DNA from: Octopus sinensis
Taxonomy: Eukaryota
Length of the DNA stretch: 64,000 nucleotides
Assembly (NCBI RefSeq): GCF_006345805.1
Contig: NC_043018.1
Location: forward strand, 23,126,001 to 23,190,000
Direction: 5' to 3'
Position numbers and translations under genes: made by a program. Below are positions 60,496 through 64,000 of the stretch, piece after piece (position 1 is the stretch's first letter; each line of letters begins with the position of its first letter). The notes below the pieces were generated by a model. That model did not search any database. It was not told the DNA's origin and saw nothing but the letters and a program-made list of their open reading frames with translations.

Positions 60496-60871
60496 AACCA
60501 ACCACATGGTTCCGGGTTCAGTCCCACTGCGTGGCATCTTGGGCAAGTGTCTTCTGCTATAGCCCCGGGCCGACCAATGCCTTGTGAGTGGATTTGGTAG
60601 ACAGAAACTGAAAGAAGCCTGTCGTATATATGTATATATATATATGTATGTGTGTGTATATGTTTGTGCGTCTGTGTTTGTCCCCCTAGCATTGCTTGAC
60701 AACCGATGCTGGTGTGTTTACGTCCCCGTCACTTAGCGGTTCGGCAAAGGGGACCGATAGAATAAGTTCTGGGCTTACAAATAATAAGTCCCGGGGTCGA
60801 TTTGCTCGACTAAAGGCGGTGCTCCAGCATGGCCGCAGTTGAATGACTGAAACAAATAAAAGAGTAAGAGT
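60496..60871 (+). mobile_element. SINE family A (5'-truncated)
   Basis: Starts within the tRNA head (aaccaaccacatggttccggg). Confidence 0.84.
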
Positions 60872-61200
60872 AATTGTTTTTTTTTTTTTTTGCTGTTGGT
60901 TGACTGTGGTACTTGTGATTGCTCTAAGTATGTTTCTTTGCTTCCTTTACTGTCCTGTACCTCCCTCATTTTAGTGTCTACTTTGCCATGTCCACATGGG
61001 TCAGGGAGTGGTGGAATTTTTTGAGGCAGATTTTCTACAGCCTGATGCCATTCCGTTCACCAACCCTCACCGGTTTCCAAGCAAGGTAGTATCTCCCCAT
61101 GACCGGATGTGTTTCCACGGAAGATTGAAAATGAATAACACGGCTTGCGTGCCTGTTACACTTGTTTACAACTGTCATGTGTTGTCAAGGAAAGGAGACC

Positions 61201-61234
<34 letters not shown>

Positions 61235-62334
61235 CATATAGGTCTGTGTGTATCTTTTATTTGTTTTAGTCGTTTTGATTGCGGCCATGCTGGGGCATCA
61301 CCTTGAGGAATTTTAGCTGAACAGACTGACAGTAGCACTTTTCTTCTTTTTAAGTCTGGTTCTTATGCCATCAGTTGCTTTTTACTGAACCATTATGGGA
61401 ACATAAACACACCAACACTGGTTGTCACGCAGTGGTGGGGGACAAACACAATCACGCCTGTGTGTATGTATACACACACAGACACACATGCCTAGATTAT
61501 GTACACACATACACACAACTAGCTTCTTTCAGTTTCCGTCTACCATACACACTCACAAGGTTTTGGTTGTCCTGGAGCAATAGTAGAATAACACTTGCTC
61601 AAGGGGCCACATAGTGGGACCGAAACCAGAACCATTTGATTGGGAAACAAACTTCTTGACATGCAGCCTATTTGTATTATAAATGTTGTGGAGGTCTTAT
61701 AAGTAACACCTAGTATGTTTATCTTATCTTAGTTGTGTGTGTGTGAATGATTAGCTATGTTTGGCAGTCTCTGGTGGTGGTCATGGTGAGAAGCAAAACA
61801 GTGGATTTGGCAGGTGTTACTATAACCCTTCAGTGTGCAAATTACTCTGCCAAATGTAACGTTTATTCATTCACATTTGTTTTGAATTAATTATGCGTTA
61901 TCTCATAGCTTTGAGGTTTCAATGACATCATTGTTTGGTTTTTAAACGGCATTGTAGGATAGGTGTGAGAAGCCAGACCTGGCTACTTTGGATGTAAAAC
62001 TGGTCGAATATTTTGACCAGATGTGGCCGTTCTAAATGCTAATAGGTCGAGCCTGTTGTTGTAGAGCCAGCTTGTTAAGAGATTTATGCAACAAGTTGAA
62101 TATAACTGGATACAAATGCAAATACGCAAAGTCTATGCCTCAGAAACCTGCTGGTATTCGCTTCCATCATGTTTATGTCCAAACAGAGCTGGCCTTCTGC
62201 TCTCAGAAGTTCAATAAAGTAAGTACATTAAGTGGTGATAAATCTCTATAAATTTGTGCCCTGGCATACTTGTATATGTCTCTAGTGTGGTTGTATTTAT
62301 GGAGAGAGAGATGGTAATTTTGAGAAGTGCTGAG

Positions 62335-62900
62335 AGAGCAATGGTGAAAGAAATGTGTGGGGGTGAAGGCGTTTGATAAGAGGAGGACTGAGGATTTGAT
62401 GGGGGATGCTGGGGTTGGAGGAATCAGTGGAATGGGTGGCAGGGGTGAATGGAGTGAGGTTGTATGTGTTGAGGAGGGTGGCGAGCTGGCAGAATCGTTA
62501 GCACGCTGGGCGAAATGCTTAGCAGTATTTCGTCTGCCGCTACGTTCTGAGTTCAAATTCCACCAAGGTCGACTTTGCCTTTCATCCTTTCGGGGTCGAT
62601 TAAAGAAGTACCAGTCATGCACTGGGGTCAATATAATCGACTAAATCCGTTTGTCTGTCCTTGTTTGTCCCCTCTATGTTTAGCCCCTTGTGGGTAGTAA
62701 AGAAATATGTATGTGTTGAGGAGGATGATTGCATTTGAGGTAACTGGAATGCGAAAGCAAGGTAAACCAAAGAAAAGGTGGAGGGGACGGGTGGAGGAGG
62801 ATATTAGGAGGGTTGGTTTGAAAAAATAGGATACCCCAAACCAGGCAAGATGGTGAAATGGTGTGAGAGCAGTTGCTATGGAATTGAGGTAGATCTGGCC
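62335..62900 (+). mobile_element. Decayed RTE LINE C-terminal fragment interrupted by a SINE C insertion
   Basis: MVKEMCGVKAFDKRRTEDLM..LGLEESVEWVA..NGVRLY[insertion]VLRRMIAFEVTGMRKQGKPKKRWRGRVEEDIRRVGL. Confidence 0.7.
62477..62707 (+). mobile_element. SINE family C, full length, 16-bp TSD
   Basis: TSD tgtatgtgttgaggag at 62461-62476 and 62708-62723. Confidence 0.88.
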
Positions 62901-63542
62901 ACCCCTGTTAACGGGGACAAAACCCACATTTGAAACACTGGATGATGATGATGATGATGGAGCAGTTGAGTAAGTATCGAAGGGTGGAAATGTGAGTAAT
63001 GTCGCTACAAGTTTACTAAAGTCATTCAAATGGCGTACCCCAGATCCATCCTCACCAAGCAACAATCTGTTGTAGTGTTTGAAAACCCACAACTGTGTAT
63101 CCCATGCCCATGAAGGCCACCTACTCACTTCGTGGTTAGCAATTTTATTCACCCCCCTTATGTCTTGCTCTCCTTTCTTGGTAGCGGCCACCAGTTTGGC
63201 TTTTGTAGAATCCGGTCTGCTGGAGAACTGCTGTTGTATGTCACGTACCAGTGGTCCCTCACATTTCAGGAATTCATTAAAATCTCTGTCTCTGCATTTC
63301 ATATCAAAGTATATGACTGTATCCATCCATCGTCTTCATCCACTATTTCTGGGAGAGCTGAGGGGATAGTCCTCAAGTACTTCCTCCATAGGGTCCTATT
63401 AGGAGCAACAGTCATGACACTTTCTGGCTGGATTCCTATGACCAACTGAGTCTATGGATATTATCAAATTATCTCATTATAGGTCTACTCCTAGGTTTCC
63501 TGCCAGTTGGTTCAGCTTGAAAATCTATAGTTCCATTCTTTC

Positions 63543-63990
63543 ATCATCATCATCATCATCGTTTAACGTCCGTTCTCCATGCTAGCATGGGTTGGACGGT
63601 TCGACCGGGGATCTGGGAAGCCAGAAGGCTGCACCAGGCTCCAGTCTTATCTGGCAATGCTTCTACAGCTGGATGCCCTTCCTAACGCCAACCACTCCGT
63701 GAGTGTAATGGGTGCTTTTTACGTGCCACCCGCACAGGTGCCAGGCGAGGCTGGCAACGGCCACGGTCGGATTGGTGCATTTTACGTGCCACCGGCACGG
63801 AAGCCAGTCGAAGCAGCGCTGGCTTCGGCCACGATTCGGATGGTGCTTTTTACGTGCCACCGGCACGGAAGCCAGTCGAGGCGGCGCTGGCATCGGCCAT
63901 GATTCGGATAGTGCTTTTTACGTACCACCAGTCCAGGGGTCCTGGCATCTGCCGGGTGCCAGTCATAGGATTGGTTCAATTCCGATTTCT
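63543..63990 (-). mobile_element. Family B retroposon with four internal modules
   Basis: Module starts (tacgtgcc/tacgtacc) at 63720, 63783, 63851 and 63919. Confidence 0.85.
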
Positions 63991-64000
63991 TTAAAAATAT

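Noticed and set aside
62628-63326. 232-aa minus-strand ORF as a gene
   Set aside because: It spans the antisense of a SINE C tail and an RTE fragment, and shows no recognisable domain.

Overview
Eukaryotic (animal) genomic DNA, most likely an octopus/coleoid cephalopod. This is inferred from the repeat landscape (dense tRNA-derived SINEs, RTE/CR1 LINE relics, long (TA)n tracts) and was not confirmed by a database search. Two intact spliced housekeeping genes were assembled by hand and lie tail-to-tail. Beclin-1 (BECN1/Atg6) is on the + strand: 15 coding exons at 2491-23150, all introns GT-AG with consistent phases, 1353-nt CDS, 450 aa. Mitochondrial elongation factor Ts (TSFM) is on the - strand: 5 coding exons at 34512-26590, 978-nt CDS, 325 aa. 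Almost all ORFs in the supplied track are artefacts of SINEs and microsatellites. The rest of the window holds at least five SINE-like families, RTE/CR1 LINE fragments, mariner/maT, hAT, piggyBac-type (TTAA) and Helitron-like non-autonomous elements, a ~2-kb 34-bp minisatellite, higher-order microsatellite-derived repeats, and a microsatellite-rich zone (48-57 kb) with no recognisable CDS. The most unusual observations are (1) a ~36-bp-periodic array of about nine RFX X-box palindromes just upstream of BECN1 exon 9, (2) two covarying minimal type-I hammerhead ribozyme motifs of the Penelope-like-element type, and (3) a Tyr in place of the BH3 signature Asp of Beclin-1. There is no evidence of prokaryotic systems or CRISPR arrays. 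Repeat boundaries are approximate, while exon boundaries were read base by base.
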